A stretch of DNA of 64,000 nucleotides, from the NCBI GenBank assembly GCA_050246755.1, contig JBFWVL010000004.1, positions 160,001-224,000 of the forward strand, in the 5' to 3' direction. A program made the position numbers and the translations under genes. The number at the start of each line of letters is the position of its first letter. Position 1 is the first letter of the stretch. This DNA is from Bacteriovoracia bacterium (GTDB taxonomy: Bacteria > Bdellovibrionota > UBA1018 > CAIPTA01). The notes under the pieces are model-generated. The model was not told the DNA's origin and ran no database searches. It worked only from the letters and a program-made list of their open reading frames with translations. This document shows positions 47,585-57,271 of this stretch, piece after piece.

Positions 47585-49288
47585 ATGTTCAAGCGGATCC
47601 CAGCCCGAAAATCTGGATTTACCCTACCGGACGTATTCGCTTTTGCGTTAATCGTGGCGGCCTTCATGGCGTTCCTCACCGTGGCCCGTTATTGGTCTGG
47701 CCCCCTGCTTCCTCCCCAGCCCATTGATCTTTCTTTCGGCTCTCTGCCCTACGCGCTCTTTCTTTCTTTCAGCCGTATCGTGCTCGCCTACCTCGTATGC
47801 TTGGTTTCCAGTTTGGCGATCGGATACTGGGCGGCGCATTCGAAGGTGGCGGAGTCGGTGATCATCCCGCTCATCGATATCGGGCAGTGCGTGCCGGTAC
47901 TGGCCTTCTTGCCGGGGTTAAACCTTACCTTCATTATGCTTTTTCCGGAAAGCCGGGTGGGCCTCGAGATCGCCGCCATTCTCATGCTCTACACGAGCAT
48001 GGCCTGGAACTTGATGCTTGCGTTCTATGGTTCGATCAAAACTATTCCGCGGGAATACGTGGATACGATCAAGGCTTATGGATATGGCCCGCTGGGGATT
48101 TTATTCCGGCTCGAGCTCCCCTATTCTATGAATGCCATCGTTTGGAACTCGATGCTTTCGGTGGCGGGAGGCTGGTTCTTCCTCACCGTATGTGAAAGTT
48201 ATACTTTAGGTAATGCTTCGTATAATTTGGTGGGCCTCGGCTCTTTCATGAAATTGGCGGGAGACCGCGGCGAGTATGTGGCCCTAATCACTGGTGGCGC
48301 CACGATGGTGCTCATCCTCGTGCTCACCGATTTCCTGCTCTGGAATCCTCTCCTCCGCTGGGCCGAGCGTTTTCAGCGTATCCAGGCCAACGGTGAAGAA
48401 GACGCCGACGAGCCGGTATTGAACTTCTTCGCCAAATCGAAGCGGATCACGAGCTTTCTGCGTAAAATCCGGCGCCGCTACGCCGCCCGCCTCTACGTGT
48501 ACCAAAAACGCGGCCGCCGCCGCCGCGAGAGCAAATTCGAATGGCAGCTGATGGGCTACTGCTTGCTGGTGGTGCTGATTGGCTTTTCGGCCTGGGGTAT
48601 TTTCTTGGCCGGGGAAGCTCTGTTCGCCATGCCGAAACGGGAATGGGTAGGAATTCTAGAAGGAGCGGCCTGGACTCTCCTGCGCGTGGTGCTGGTGGTT
48701 GTTATTTCGGGCCTAACGATGGTTCCGCTGGGCCTTTGGTTAGGTACCCAGCCGCGCTTGGTAAAAAGAATTCAGCCTATCATTCAGGTGGTAGCGGCGT
48801 TCCCCTGGCCGATGATTTTTCCCATCCTCATGATGACGATGGTAAGCCTCTCGCTGCCAGTTTTCGTGGCCAGCGTGGTTCTCATGATGACGGGCGCAAT
48901 GTGGTATTTGCTCTTCAACGTGATCTCCGGCGCGGCCTCGGTGCCCGAACAACTAGTGGAAGTGGCGCGCACTACCGGAATGGGAAAACTAGAAATCATG
49001 CGCCGGGTATATTTGCCCGCCACCTTCTCCCCCATTCTCACTGGACTGATCACGGCGGCGGGCGGCGCCTGGAACGTGAGCATCGTGGCCGAGCTGGTGA
49101 TTTTCCGTGGCCAGGAATATAGCGTGAAGGGGCTCGGCACCTATATTTCCAAGGCCACCGAACGGGCGGCTTATTCGGAGCTGGCGGCGGCCGTGATGGT
49201 AATGATCGTATTGATCGTGCTACTGAACAGAACGTTTTGGGCTAAGCTCTATGATCTGGCACAATCTAAGTACCGATTGGATGGGTAA
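47585..49288 (+). CDS. ABC transporter permease with two TM modules (nitrate/sulfonate-like)
   Basis: Duplicated BPD_transp-type halves (DIGQCVPVL; GGAWNVSIVAE). Confidence 0.85.
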   Translation: MFKRIPARKSGFTLPDVFAFALIVAAFMAFLTVARYWSGPLLPPQPIDLSFGSLPYALFLSFSRIVLAYLVCLVSSLAIGYWAAHSKVAESVIIPLIDIGQCVPVLAFLPGLNLTFIMLFPESRVGLEIAAILMLYTSMAWNLMLAFYGSIKTIPREYVDTIKAYGYGPLGILFRLELPYSMNAIVWNSMLSVAGGWFFLTVCESYTLGNASYNLVGLGSFMKLAGDRGEYVALITGGATMVLILVLTDFLLWNPLLRWAERFQRIQANGEEDADEPVLNFFAKSKRITSFLRKIRRRYAARLYVYQKRGRRRRESKFEWQLMGYCLLVVLIGFSAWGIFLAGEALFAMPKREWVGILEGAAWTLLRVVLVVVISGLTMVPLGLWLGTQPRLVKRIQPIIQVVAAFPWPMIFPILMMTMVSLSLPVFVASVVLMMTGAMWYLLFNVISGAASVPEQLVEVARTTGMGKLEIMRRVYLPATFSPILTGLITAAGGAWNVSIVAELVIFRGQEYSVKGLGTYISKATERAAYSELAAAVMVMIVLIVLLNRTFWAKLYDLAQSKYRLDG

Positions 49289-49291
49289 GCG

Positions 49292-50584
49292 ATGAGCAAA
49301 AATATCCCACTCGTGGAACTGCGTAATATCAAAATGGACTTCCGTCTGAGTTCGGGGGCGCCCGTGCCCGTGCTCGAGAATCTCGACTTAAATATCCATC
49401 CTGGAGAAATCGTGGCCTTGCTCGGCGCGTCGGGCACCGGAAAATCCACCACGCTTCGTTTGATGAGCGGGCTCACCAAGCCGACTAACGGCGAAGTGCA
49501 CGCTAATGGCACGGCCCTCACCGGATTGAATCGCGATATCTCGATCGTCTTTCAGGACGCTGCCCTTTTCCCCTGGCTCACGGTGGCCGAAAATATCGAG
49601 TTCGGCTTGTATCCCCAGGGGCTTTCGCTGCGCACTCGCCGCCAGCGAGTTTCCCAGGCGGTGGATCTCGTGGGCCTCGAGGGATTCGAAGAAGCCTACC
49701 CCCGCGAATTATCCGGTGGAATGCGGCAGCGCGTGGGAATTGCGCGCGCCCTCGCCATGAGTCCGAAACTCCTTTGCATGGACGAACCTTTTTCCGCCCT
49801 CGACGTTCTCACCGCCGACACGCTGCGCGGGGAAGTTCTCGATATCTGGCAAAAGAAATCCACCAACCTTAAAGGGATACTTCTCATTACGCATGACATC
49901 GTGGAGGCCGTTTCGATGGCAAACCGGATCATCGTTATTGGCCGACCGCCCAATAACGTGAAGGCCGATATCCAGAATACCCTGATCTTTCCGCGCGACG
50001 AGAACTCCTGGCAGTTCAATCAGCTCGTGCGCAAAATTCACGCGGTGCTCACCGAATCCATTCTCGGCGACGATGAAACCGGCTCGGAAAGCCCTACCGC
50101 TCTGTGGGTACTGCCGCCCGTGGCCATTGCCGACGTGATCGGTATGACGGAGCTCCTCGCCGATCATAAAGGACAGATCGATGTATTCGAGCTACCGCGG
50201 CTAATTGAAAAGGATTTCTCGGAAGCGCTCACTACGGTGAAGGCGGCCGAGCTAATCGGATTCGTGGATACCCCTTACCAAAAAGTTATCCTCACCCGCT
50301 TGGGCCAACGGATTGCGGCTGGGGACGTGAACGACCGTAAAGAAGCAATTAAGATCCAGCTCCAGTCTCTTCGCCTGGTGAAGCTACTCATCGAACTGCT
50401 GCAAAATCAGGAAGATCTGGCCATGCCTTATCCCCAGGTAATCGAGTGGCTGCAGACGAAAAATCCCGCGATCAATGCGCAATCGGCCCTCGATACGCTG
50501 ATCGACTGGGGACGATACGGCGGCCTTTTCCGGTATAACTCCGATGAAGAGATGCTTTACTTAGACGAAGTAAGTTCGATTTAG
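49292..50584 (+). CDS. Nitrate/sulfonate-type ABC ATPase with C-terminal extension
   Basis: GASGTGKST, LSGGMRQR, MDEPFSALD; tail IDWGRYGGLF. Confidence 0.9.
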   Translation: MSKNIPLVELRNIKMDFRLSSGAPVPVLENLDLNIHPGEIVALLGASGTGKSTTLRLMSGLTKPTNGEVHANGTALTGLNRDISIVFQDAALFPWLTVAENIEFGLYPQGLSLRTRRQRVSQAVDLVGLEGFEEAYPRELSGGMRQRVGIARALAMSPKLLCMDEPFSALDVLTADTLRGEVLDIWQKKSTNLKGILLITHDIVEAVSMANRIIVIGRPPNNVKADIQNTLIFPRDENSWQFNQLVRKIHAVLTESILGDDETGSESPTALWVLPPVAIADVIGMTELLADHKGQIDVFELPRLIEKDFSEALTTVKAAELIGFVDTPYQKVILTRLGQRIAAGDVNDRKEAIKIQLQSLRLVKLLIELLQNQEDLAMPYPQVIEWLQTKNPAINAQSALDTLIDWGRYGGLFRYNSDEEMLYLDEVSSI

Positions 50585-50587
50585 AAT

Positions 50588-50622
50588 CGGTTGCCGTTTG
50601 CTGTTGGCGGTTAGCTGTAGTG
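50588..50622. repeat. Degenerate heptamer tandem repeat
   Basis: CGGTTGC CGTTTGC TGTTGGC GGTTAGC TGTAGTG. Confidence 0.4.
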
Positions 50623-50716
50623 GCATACGGATAATCACCAGCCGAAGGCGCACCGCGCCGTTCTTCTACACGGTAAAACTCTTTTAATTTTCTGCCTCCT
50701 CTGAGGCGAAAGTGTC

Positions 50717-50740
50717 TATAATCAGAGTGAATTTATCACT
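50717..50740 (+). promoter_or_regulatory. -10 box plus candidate operator upstream of fadE
   Basis: TATAAT (50717-50722), then AGTGA-N5-TCACT (50726-50740), then SD AGGAG. Confidence 0.5.
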
Positions 50741-50755
50741 TCAGGAGATTCTCCC

Positions 50756-53188
50756 ATGTTTGGTATCTTGCACGACCATTGCGGCGCAGCCCTTGGCGCC
50801 ATTGCGTTCTTCGTCTTCGTTCTCGGATTCACCGGAGCGCCGCTCTTTCTCTGGACGGCGGTAGCGGCAATCTTCTTATACGGATTCGGCGTCGGCCAAA
50901 CTTGTTGGATCGTGTTCGCGGTGATCGCGGTGGTGCTGAACGTGGCCCCGATCCGCGCGATGCTGATTTCGGCCGGCGTGCTGAAATTATTCCAGGCGAT
51001 GAAGCTGGTTCCCGCCATTTCCGAAACCGAGCGCGTGGCGATCGAGGCCGGGGTGGTTTGGGTGGAGAAAGAGCTTTTCTCCGGTAAGCCCAATTTCAAG
51101 ATGATGATGAGCGAGCCCTACCCTTCGCTTACCGCGGAAGAACAAGCCTTTATCGATGGCCCCACGGAAAAGCTCTGTTCCTTGATCGACGACTGGCGCA
51201 TCTGGCAGGACCGCGAAATCTCCTCCGAGGTGATGGACTTCATCAAGAAAGAGCGTTTCTTCGGAATGATCATCCCGAAAAAATACGGCGGCCTCGAGTT
51301 TTCCGCTCTTTGTCACTCGGAAGTAGTGAAAAAAGTTTCTTCGCGCTCTTTGGCGGCCGGTATCACCGTGATGGTACCCAATTCCCTTGGCCCCGCCGAG
51401 CTGCTCAACCACTACGGTACCCAAGCCCAGAAGGATAAATACCTGAAGCGCTTGGCCAACGGCGATGAAGTTCCCTGTTTTGCCCTCACCGAGCCGAACG
51501 CTGGCTCGGATGCCGGCTCGATCACTTCTTCCGGCGAGCTCTTCAAGGGCGACGACGGCAAACTCTATATTAAGCTGAACTGGGAGAAGCGCTGGATTAC
51601 CCTCGCCGCGATCTCCACGCTTCTCGGCCTGGCCTTCCGTCTCCGCGATCCGAAAAATCTTCTCGGCAAGGGCGAAGACCTTGGCATCACTTGCGCCCTC
51701 GTTCCTTCCAATACCCCCGGCGTAGTGCTCGGGCTGCGCCACGATCCGCTCGGCGTGCCTTTCTATAACTGCCCTACCCGCGGTAAGGACGTAGTAGTAA
51801 ACGCCGAGGACGCCATTATCGGCGGACTCGAAGGCGCCGGCAAAGGCTGGGGCATGCTCATGGAATGCTTGGGCGCGGGACGCGGAATTTCGTTGCCCGC
51901 CCAATCCACCGGCGGCACCCAGCAGTGCGCGCTCGTGGCCTCGGCTCACGCGGCGGTTCGCAAGCAATTTGGTATTCCCGTAGGAAGCTTTGAGGGCGTG
52001 GAAGAGCTTCTCGCCCGTATCGCTTCCAGCGCTTACCTGCTCGAGGCTTCGCGCCGCTATACCTGTGGCGCCATCGATAAAGGCATCAAGCCGCCGGTAG
52101 TTACCGCGATTGCTAAGTACCAGTCGACCGAGATTTCCCGCCGCGCCGTGATCGACGCGATGGATATCCTCGGCGGCGCCGGCATTTCGCGCGGCCCGAA
52201 AAACGTGCTCTCTTCCGGTTATATTGCGATGCCGATCGGCATCACGGTGGAAGGCGCCAACGTGATGACCCGCACCCTGATCATCTTTGGCCAAGGCGCC
52301 CTCCGCGCCCACCCTTGGGCATTCCAGGAAGTGAAAGCGGTGGAAGCGAATAACGTCCGCGATTTCGACCGTGCCTTCTTTGGCCACGTGGGTCACGTGG
52401 TTCGTAACTTGTTCCGCTCGGTGGGCTTATCGGTTACCCGCGGCTGGTTAGCCTGTGCCCCCTCGGGCGTTGGCCCCGTGAAGCACTACTATCGCAAACT
52501 CTCCTGGGCTTCCGCTTCCTTCGCGATCATGGCGGACATCGCCATGGGCATGCTCGGCGGCGAACTGAAAATCCGCGAGCAGCTCACCGGCCGCTTCGCC
52601 GACATCCTTTCCTACATGTACCTCGGAACCGCGGTGCTCCGCCGCTGGGATGCCGAAGGCCGTCGCCAAGAAGACCTGCCCTACGTGCACTTCTGCATGG
52701 AAACCTGCTTCATGAATATCCAGCGTGGATTTGATGGAATCTTCCAGAACTTCCGCCCCGCTGGCTTAACGTGGTTCTTTCGCGGCGTGCTAGGCACTTG
52801 GTCGATGCTCAATCGCTTCACGGCCGGGCCGAACGACAAGCTCACCCACCGCGTGGCCGTGCTAGCCCAAACTCCGGGCGAGCAACGCACGCGTTTCTTC
52901 AGTGAAGGTAACTACTTGCCCAAAGATTCTTCGAAAGACCAGATCGCCCTCCTCGAAGAAGCCTTCCGCGCTTCGAAGGCGGCGGAAGCCACCGAGCGCA
53001 AAGTGAAGAAAGCCGTGCGCGCGAAACAGCTGCCGAAGATCAAAGGTGCCAAGCTTTATGAAGAAGCCCTGGCCAAGAACGTGATCAATAAGGCCGAGTT
53101 CGATATGCTCGAGCATAGCGAGAAGCTGCGCTGGAGAGCCATCCAGGTGGATGAGTTCACGCTCGAGCAGTATAAAAATCGGGCCTAG
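50756..53188 (+). CDS. fadE: Acyl-CoA dehydrogenase, FadE type
   Basis: N-terminal TM segments; VMVPNSLGPAELL, FALTEPNAGSDA, GITVEGANVMTR; 810 aa. Confidence 0.92.
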   Translation: MFGILHDHCGAALGAIAFFVFVLGFTGAPLFLWTAVAAIFLYGFGVGQTCWIVFAVIAVVLNVAPIRAMLISAGVLKLFQAMKLVPAISETERVAIEAGVVWVEKELFSGKPNFKMMMSEPYPSLTAEEQAFIDGPTEKLCSLIDDWRIWQDREISSEVMDFIKKERFFGMIIPKKYGGLEFSALCHSEVVKKVSSRSLAAGITVMVPNSLGPAELLNHYGTQAQKDKYLKRLANGDEVPCFALTEPNAGSDAGSITSSGELFKGDDGKLYIKLNWEKRWITLAAISTLLGLAFRLRDPKNLLGKGEDLGITCALVPSNTPGVVLGLRHDPLGVPFYNCPTRGKDVVVNAEDAIIGGLEGAGKGWGMLMECLGAGRGISLPAQSTGGTQQCALVASAHAAVRKQFGIPVGSFEGVEELLARIASSAYLLEASRRYTCGAIDKGIKPPVVTAIAKYQSTEISRRAVIDAMDILGGAGISRGPKNVLSSGYIAMPIGITVEGANVMTRTLIIFGQGALRAHPWAFQEVKAVEANNVRDFDRAFFGHVGHVVRNLFRSVGLSVTRGWLACAPSGVGPVKHYYRKLSWASASFAIMADIAMGMLGGELKIREQLTGRFADILSYMYLGTAVLRRWDAEGRRQEDLPYVHFCMETCFMNIQRGFDGIFQNFRPAGLTWFFRGVLGTWSMLNRFTAGPNDKLTHRVAVLAQTPGEQRTRFFSEGNYLPKDSSKDQIALLEEAFRASKAAEATERKVKKAVRAKQLPKIKGAKLYEEALAKNVINKAEFDMLEHSEKLRWRAIQVDEFTLEQYKNRA

Positions 53189-53191
53189 TGC

Positions 53192-53983
53192 ATGAGCGAT
53201 TTTCTCTTAGCCGCGATTCTAGGCGTGGTGGAAGGAATCACGGAGTTTCTCCCGATTTCCTCCACCGCTCATTTGCGAATCGCGCAGCATTTTCTCGGCC
53301 TTTCTCTCGAGAACGAGTTCTGGAAGCTCTTCGCGATCTTCATCCAGCTCGGCGCGATCCTCTCCGTGGTGGTGATCTATCGCAGGAAGCTTTTGGGTTT
53401 TGCGCGTAAACCATTTCAAAAGGCCGTCTATTTGATCCTGGTCGCTTTCTTGTGCACGGCGATCCCCGCCTTTTTGCTCAAGAAAGTGATCGGCGCGAAT
53501 CTCGAGAGTATTTTCGTGATGATGATGGCTCTTGGGGTGGGCGGCATAGTGATGATCTTGGTGGATAAAGTATTTACCCGGGGAGTTCCGCTGGAACAGA
53601 TGGGCTATGGGCAAGCCGCCTTTATCGGCTTTTGCCAAGTGCTATCCGCGGTATTTCCCGGCACTTCGCGCTCCATGAGCACGATCGCGTCCGGGCAGGT
53701 GGCGGGACTGACCAGGGCGGCCGCGCTGGAATTTTCCTTCTTGGTTTCCATTCCGGTAATGGCCGTGGCCACGCTCTATGATCTTTTGAAATACTTGAAA
53801 GCCACTCCCGCTGGTTTAGGTGCGCATGAGCTGGCGCTGCTAATGGTGGGCTTCGTGGTTTCCTTCGTGGTGGCCTACGCCGTGATCGTTTGGTTTTTGG
53901 ACTTCGTGCGTAAGCATGGGTTTTTGGCATTCGGCATTTACCGCATTGCTCTCGCTGCCCTGCTGTTTTTTATCGGGGGATAA
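53192..53983 (+). CDS. uppP: Undecaprenyl-diphosphate phosphatase
   Basis: VEGITEFLPISSTAH, IQLGAIL, PGTSRS, EFSF, FGIYRI. Confidence 0.95.
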   Translation: MSDFLLAAILGVVEGITEFLPISSTAHLRIAQHFLGLSLENEFWKLFAIFIQLGAILSVVVIYRRKLLGFARKPFQKAVYLILVAFLCTAIPAFLLKKVIGANLESIFVMMMALGVGGIVMILVDKVFTRGVPLEQMGYGQAAFIGFCQVLSAVFPGTSRSMSTIASGQVAGLTRAAALEFSFLVSIPVMAVATLYDLLKYLKATPAGLGAHELALLMVGFVVSFVVAYAVIVWFLDFVRKHGFLAFGIYRIALAALLFFIGG

Positions 53984-55681
53984 ATGAAAATTCTATTTTG
54001 CCTTTTCTTCCTGGCCTCCTGCGCCGCTCCTAACCGTTTTCCATCCAGTCAGAATATTCCCATAGAGCTTGTGGGCGGAGGTGTGGAATCGCTCCAGCCG
54101 GAGGCGTTTTCCGGAGAGGAAATCCAAGACCCCGAAAAATACGACGTGGTGGTGATTGGCGGAGGGTTAGCCGGCCTTACCAGCGCGGTATACCTTACCG
54201 ACCACGGCAAAAAAGTTTTGCTCCTCGAAAAAGAAGACCATCTCGGCGGCCTCGCTGCCTGGGGAGAAGGCAAAAGCCATATCCGCTACGACCGCGGAGC
54301 GGCCTACTGGACGAGCGCCTACGAGGAAGAGCTGGCTATTTTGAAGCATATTGGCCTCGGCGATTTCGAAAAGAAGCATCCCATTCCCGAACCGATCGAC
54401 AGCTATTTCGTGCGGGGAAAATTCTACCCGGGGATTTGGGAAGAAGAAACTCTGAAGCAGCTGCCCGCCAGCTTCGCTCTTTTTAAGTACGAGCTGAACA
54501 AGGCCAACGAGGAAAAACTGATCCCCAATCAACCCTTCGAAGAATTCGCCGCCCTGGACGGCGGGAATATGGTGCTCGATACGTTGAATGCCCGTGCCTG
54601 GATCGAACGGATGCCGGCTTCAATGACGCAGCGGCGGCTCGATCACGAAGGCGCCGCCATTTTGGCTCGTTTCCAGGCCGCAAAGCTTCCTGGACCCACG
54701 GGCATGGAAGACGTCATCGAGCTCATGGACCTCTACTCCCGTTCGGCTCTGGGCTCGCCCACTGATTTCGTCTCCGCCATGGCCTTCGCCAACTTCTATA
54801 TCTCCGAAACGGAAACCCGCTTCACTACTCCGCAGGGCACCGGCATCGCGGCCGATAGGATGTTCGAGTTACTGAAGGCGCGTAAAAAATTATTTCGCGC
54901 GGTACTGAAGGCGCCGGTTCGTAAGCTGGGCGTTACCGATTCCGCCGCGGGCGTAACCGTTCGCTATAACCACGGTGGCCGTGCGCATAGCGTGCGCGCG
55001 AGCTACGCCGTGTTCGCCGCTCAGCTGAAGCTGGCCCCCGACCTGATCGAAAATTTCTCCGAGCGTGCGCCCGAGCAAGCCGGACTGATGAAATCCTTGG
55101 GCTACTCGAACTATTCGGTTCATATCCTGCATGTGAGTGGCCAGCCCTACCGCGCTACCTATGATACCTGGACCCGCGGCGCCGACTATTCCGAGAACGA
55201 TTTCACGGATCTGATCCTCGGCCAATGGACCGATCCCAAAATCCGCGGCTACGAAGGATATAGGGATTTCGCGCGCGAGCCTAAAATTCGCGACGGCATT
55301 CTTTCGATTTACCAGCCCCTCTCTGTCAAGGCTGGATACTCCGATGCCGAAGCAAAGGCCCTAGCTCTCCGTTCCGCGGCGCGCTTGCAGGAGCTCTATG
55401 CGGAGATGCCGCCTTCTCTCTGGCGCGGGCCTCTCAAAATCCAGAAAATCCAAACCAGCCGCTGGCCCTGGTCGGTGCATGTGGCGGAACCCGGCCACTA
55501 TACGCAAAAAGCGCGTATCCTGCGCAAACCCTTCGGCCGCGTATTTTTTGCCAATAATAATCTCGGCACTCCTTCCTTCGAGGAGGCTTTATTTCGCGGG
55601 CACTGTGCCGCGAATAATATCATCGCGCGTTCCAAGCCCAAGTTTAAGAATGAGAAGTGGTCCCGTTGCGTTATTGAATAG
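53984..55681 (+). CDS. FAD-dependent oxidoreductase (amine oxidase-like), predicted lipoprotein
   Basis: Lipobox LASC; [12 protein letters not shown]...[10 protein letters not shown]; RGAAY; C-terminal SFEEALFRG. Confidence 0.8.
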   Translation: MKILFCLFFLASCAAPNRFPSSQNIPIELVGGGVESLQPEAFSGEEIQDPEKYDVVVIGGGLAGLTSAVYLTDHGKKVLLLEKEDHLGGLAAWGEGKSHIRYDRGAAYWTSAYEEELAILKHIGLGDFEKKHPIPEPIDSYFVRGKFYPGIWEEETLKQLPASFALFKYELNKANEEKLIPNQPFEEFAALDGGNMVLDTLNARAWIERMPASMTQRRLDHEGAAILARFQAAKLPGPTGMEDVIELMDLYSRSALGSPTDFVSAMAFANFYISETETRFTTPQGTGIAADRMFELLKARKKLFRAVLKAPVRKLGVTDSAAGVTVRYNHGGRAHSVRASYAVFAAQLKLAPDLIENFSERAPEQAGLMKSLGYSNYSVHILHVSGQPYRATYDTWTRGADYSENDFTDLILGQWTDPKIRGYEGYRDFAREPKIRDGILSIYQPLSVKAGYSDAEAKALALRSAARLQELYAEMPPSLWRGPLKIQKIQTSRWPWSVHVAEPGHYTQKARILRKPFGRVFFANNNLGTPSFEEALFRGHCAANNIIARSKPKFKNEKWSRCVIE

Positions 55682-55743
55682 GCTACGCGAAGGAACACGA
55701 GGTGCGCGTAATCTGCTATCAATGAGAATAAGCGCGGATAGTA

Positions 55744-55788
55744 GAAACAAAAAAGCCGCTTCCCTCTCGGGAGCGGCTTTTTTGTTTC
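55744..55788. terminator. Bidirectional intrinsic terminator
   Basis: GAAACAAAAAAGCCGCT...AGCGGCTTTTTTGTTTC between convergent genes. Confidence 0.85.
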
Positions 55789-55800
55789 CCTAAGAAAAAC

Positions 55801-56100
55801 TTAGGCGCCGGCGGCGGTCTTCTTCGCGTAGTCCACCATCTCTTTTAATTCTTTTCCTACTTTGAAAAAAGGCACGCGCTTGGGAGCTACGTTCACCACT
55901 TGTCCGGTCTTAGGATTGCGGCCTTGGTAAGCGCCGTACTCGCGATTCACGAAGGAACCGAATCCACGAATTTCAATGCGGTCGTTGTTCTTCAACGCAT
56001 TGATCATCATATCGAATACGAGATTCACGATGCTCTCGGATTGTTTGTGTTGGAGTTTTGCTTTCTCCGCGATGATGTTCACGAGATCGGCTTTCGTCAT
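55801..56100 (-). CDS. Integration host factor beta-like / HU-family DNA-binding protein
   Basis: MTKADLV, RIEIRGFGSF, GRNPKTG, VPFFKVGKELKE. Confidence 0.9.
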   Translation of the reverse strand: MTKADLVNIIAEKAKLQHKQSESIVNLVFDMMINALKNNDRIEIRGFGSFVNREYGAYQGRNPKTGQVVNVAPKRVPFFKVGKELKEMVDYAKKTAAGA

Positions 56101-56198
56101 GAAAAGAGCGCTCCTTTTATAGGCCCAGCTGAGGTATCCCAGCGATATGTTTAAATTTTATCATTCCTACCAAACCTGACAACAAAAAGTGCAACACG

Positions 56199-56228
56199 TT
56201 GACAGGAACGGCACACGAAAGTTAGCGT
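56199..56228 (+). promoter_or_regulatory. sigma70-type promoter for the HU gene (near-leaderless)
   Basis: TTGACA-N18-TAGCGT, then 8 nt, then ATG 56237; no SD. Confidence 0.5.
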
Positions 56229-56236
56229 CTCCGCCT

Positions 56237-56527
56237 ATGAACAAGCAGGGATTGATCGAAGCGATTGCCAAAGAAACGAAATTGCCCAAAGCCGAAGTGG
56301 AAAAGGCGCTCGACGCCACGGTGCGCACTATCCAGAACCGTGTAAGCGAAGGCGAAGACGTGACTCTCATGGGATTTGGGACCTTCTTTCTTGCGAAGCG
56401 CAAAGCCCGAAAGGGCCATGATCCCTTTCGCGATAAGGCGATCGAAATTCCCGCGATGAACGTACCGAAATTCCGGGTGGGAAAAGAGTTTAAAACGAGA
56501 GTGAATGGGAAGGGCCGGAAAAGCTAA
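56237..56527 (+). CDS. HU family DNA-binding protein with a variant arm
   Basis: MNKQGLIEAIA, VTLMGFGTF, RKARKGHDP, PKFRVGKEFK. Confidence 0.88.
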   Translation: MNKQGLIEAIAKETKLPKAEVEKALDATVRTIQNRVSEGEDVTLMGFGTFFLAKRKARKGHDPFRDKAIEIPAMNVPKFRVGKEFKTRVNGKGRKS

Positions 56528-57237
56528 CTGACTTTTACTTCGATGCGATCCACGGCGGAGACGCTCCAGAGCGCGGCCTGGATTCTAAGGTGCCGCACTT
56601 CCGAGGCATAGTAGCGGGCCACTATTTGGTAGCGTTCGTCTTTTTCGTCGATCGCCAGCCGGGTTAGCTCGAGATCCCCGTGCTGGAAGGTTTCCATGAT
56701 CTCGGCCCGGGCTGCGGGATCGATGGACTGCAGGTGGATCCAAGTTTCGTAGCAGTGAAGTTTCCCGAAAATTTTATTGTCCACTTTGCTCACGAAGTAG
56801 AGCGTGAAGAATACCGTGACGGTAAAAAGCGCAGCCGTGATCGGGAAGCCTAGGCCGATGCACATGCCGATGGCGGCCACTACCCAAACGGTGGCGGCAG
56901 AAGTGAGGCCGGAAACCGACCCCCCACTTTGCAGGATCATGCCCCCGCCCAAGAATCCGATCCCGCTCACGATTTGCGCAGCCACGCGAGTGGGATCGCC
57001 GGGAGTTCCGGGAGCCGAGCCGGCCATCGCCACCGAAACGGTGGTGAAAAGCACGGAGCCCACGCAGATCAAAATATTCGTGCGGAGTCCGGCGGGTTTA
57101 TGCTTTAGCTCGCGCTCGAGGCCGATCAGTCCGCCGCAAAAAATGGCCAGGCAGATCTTGAAGCCCACGGTGAACCAGAGGCTATGGAAGTTATTCCATT
57201 CCGTTTGGCCAATCAGCAGTTGCAGGAAATCTTGCAT
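56524..57237 (-). CDS. MgtC/SapB family membrane protein
   Basis: IGLERE...AGLRT, DPTRVAAQIVSGIGFLGGG, GLTSAATVW. Confidence 0.92.
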   Translation of the reverse strand: MQDFLQLLIGQTEWNNFHSLWFTVGFKICLAIFCGGLIGLERELKHKPAGLRTNILICVGSVLFTTVSVAMAGSAPGTPGDPTRVAAQIVSGIGFLGGGMILQSGGSVSGLTSAATVWVVAAIGMCIGLGFPITAALFTVTVFFTLYFVSKVDNKIFGKLHCYETWIHLQSIDPAARAEIMETFQHGDLELTRLAIDEKDERYQIVARYYASEVRHLRIQAALWSVSAVDRIEVKVS

Positions 57238-57271
57238 GTTTTACTAGAATGAAGGAAATCGCGGGAAAAAG

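Noticed and set aside
50625-50690. GCCGAAGGCGCACCG...CGGTAAAACTCT resembles part of a glycine riboswitch aptamer
   Set aside because: It lacks the 5' GGAGAG and 3' CAGG, lies upstream of the apparent fadE -10 box, and the downstream gene is unrelated to glycine.
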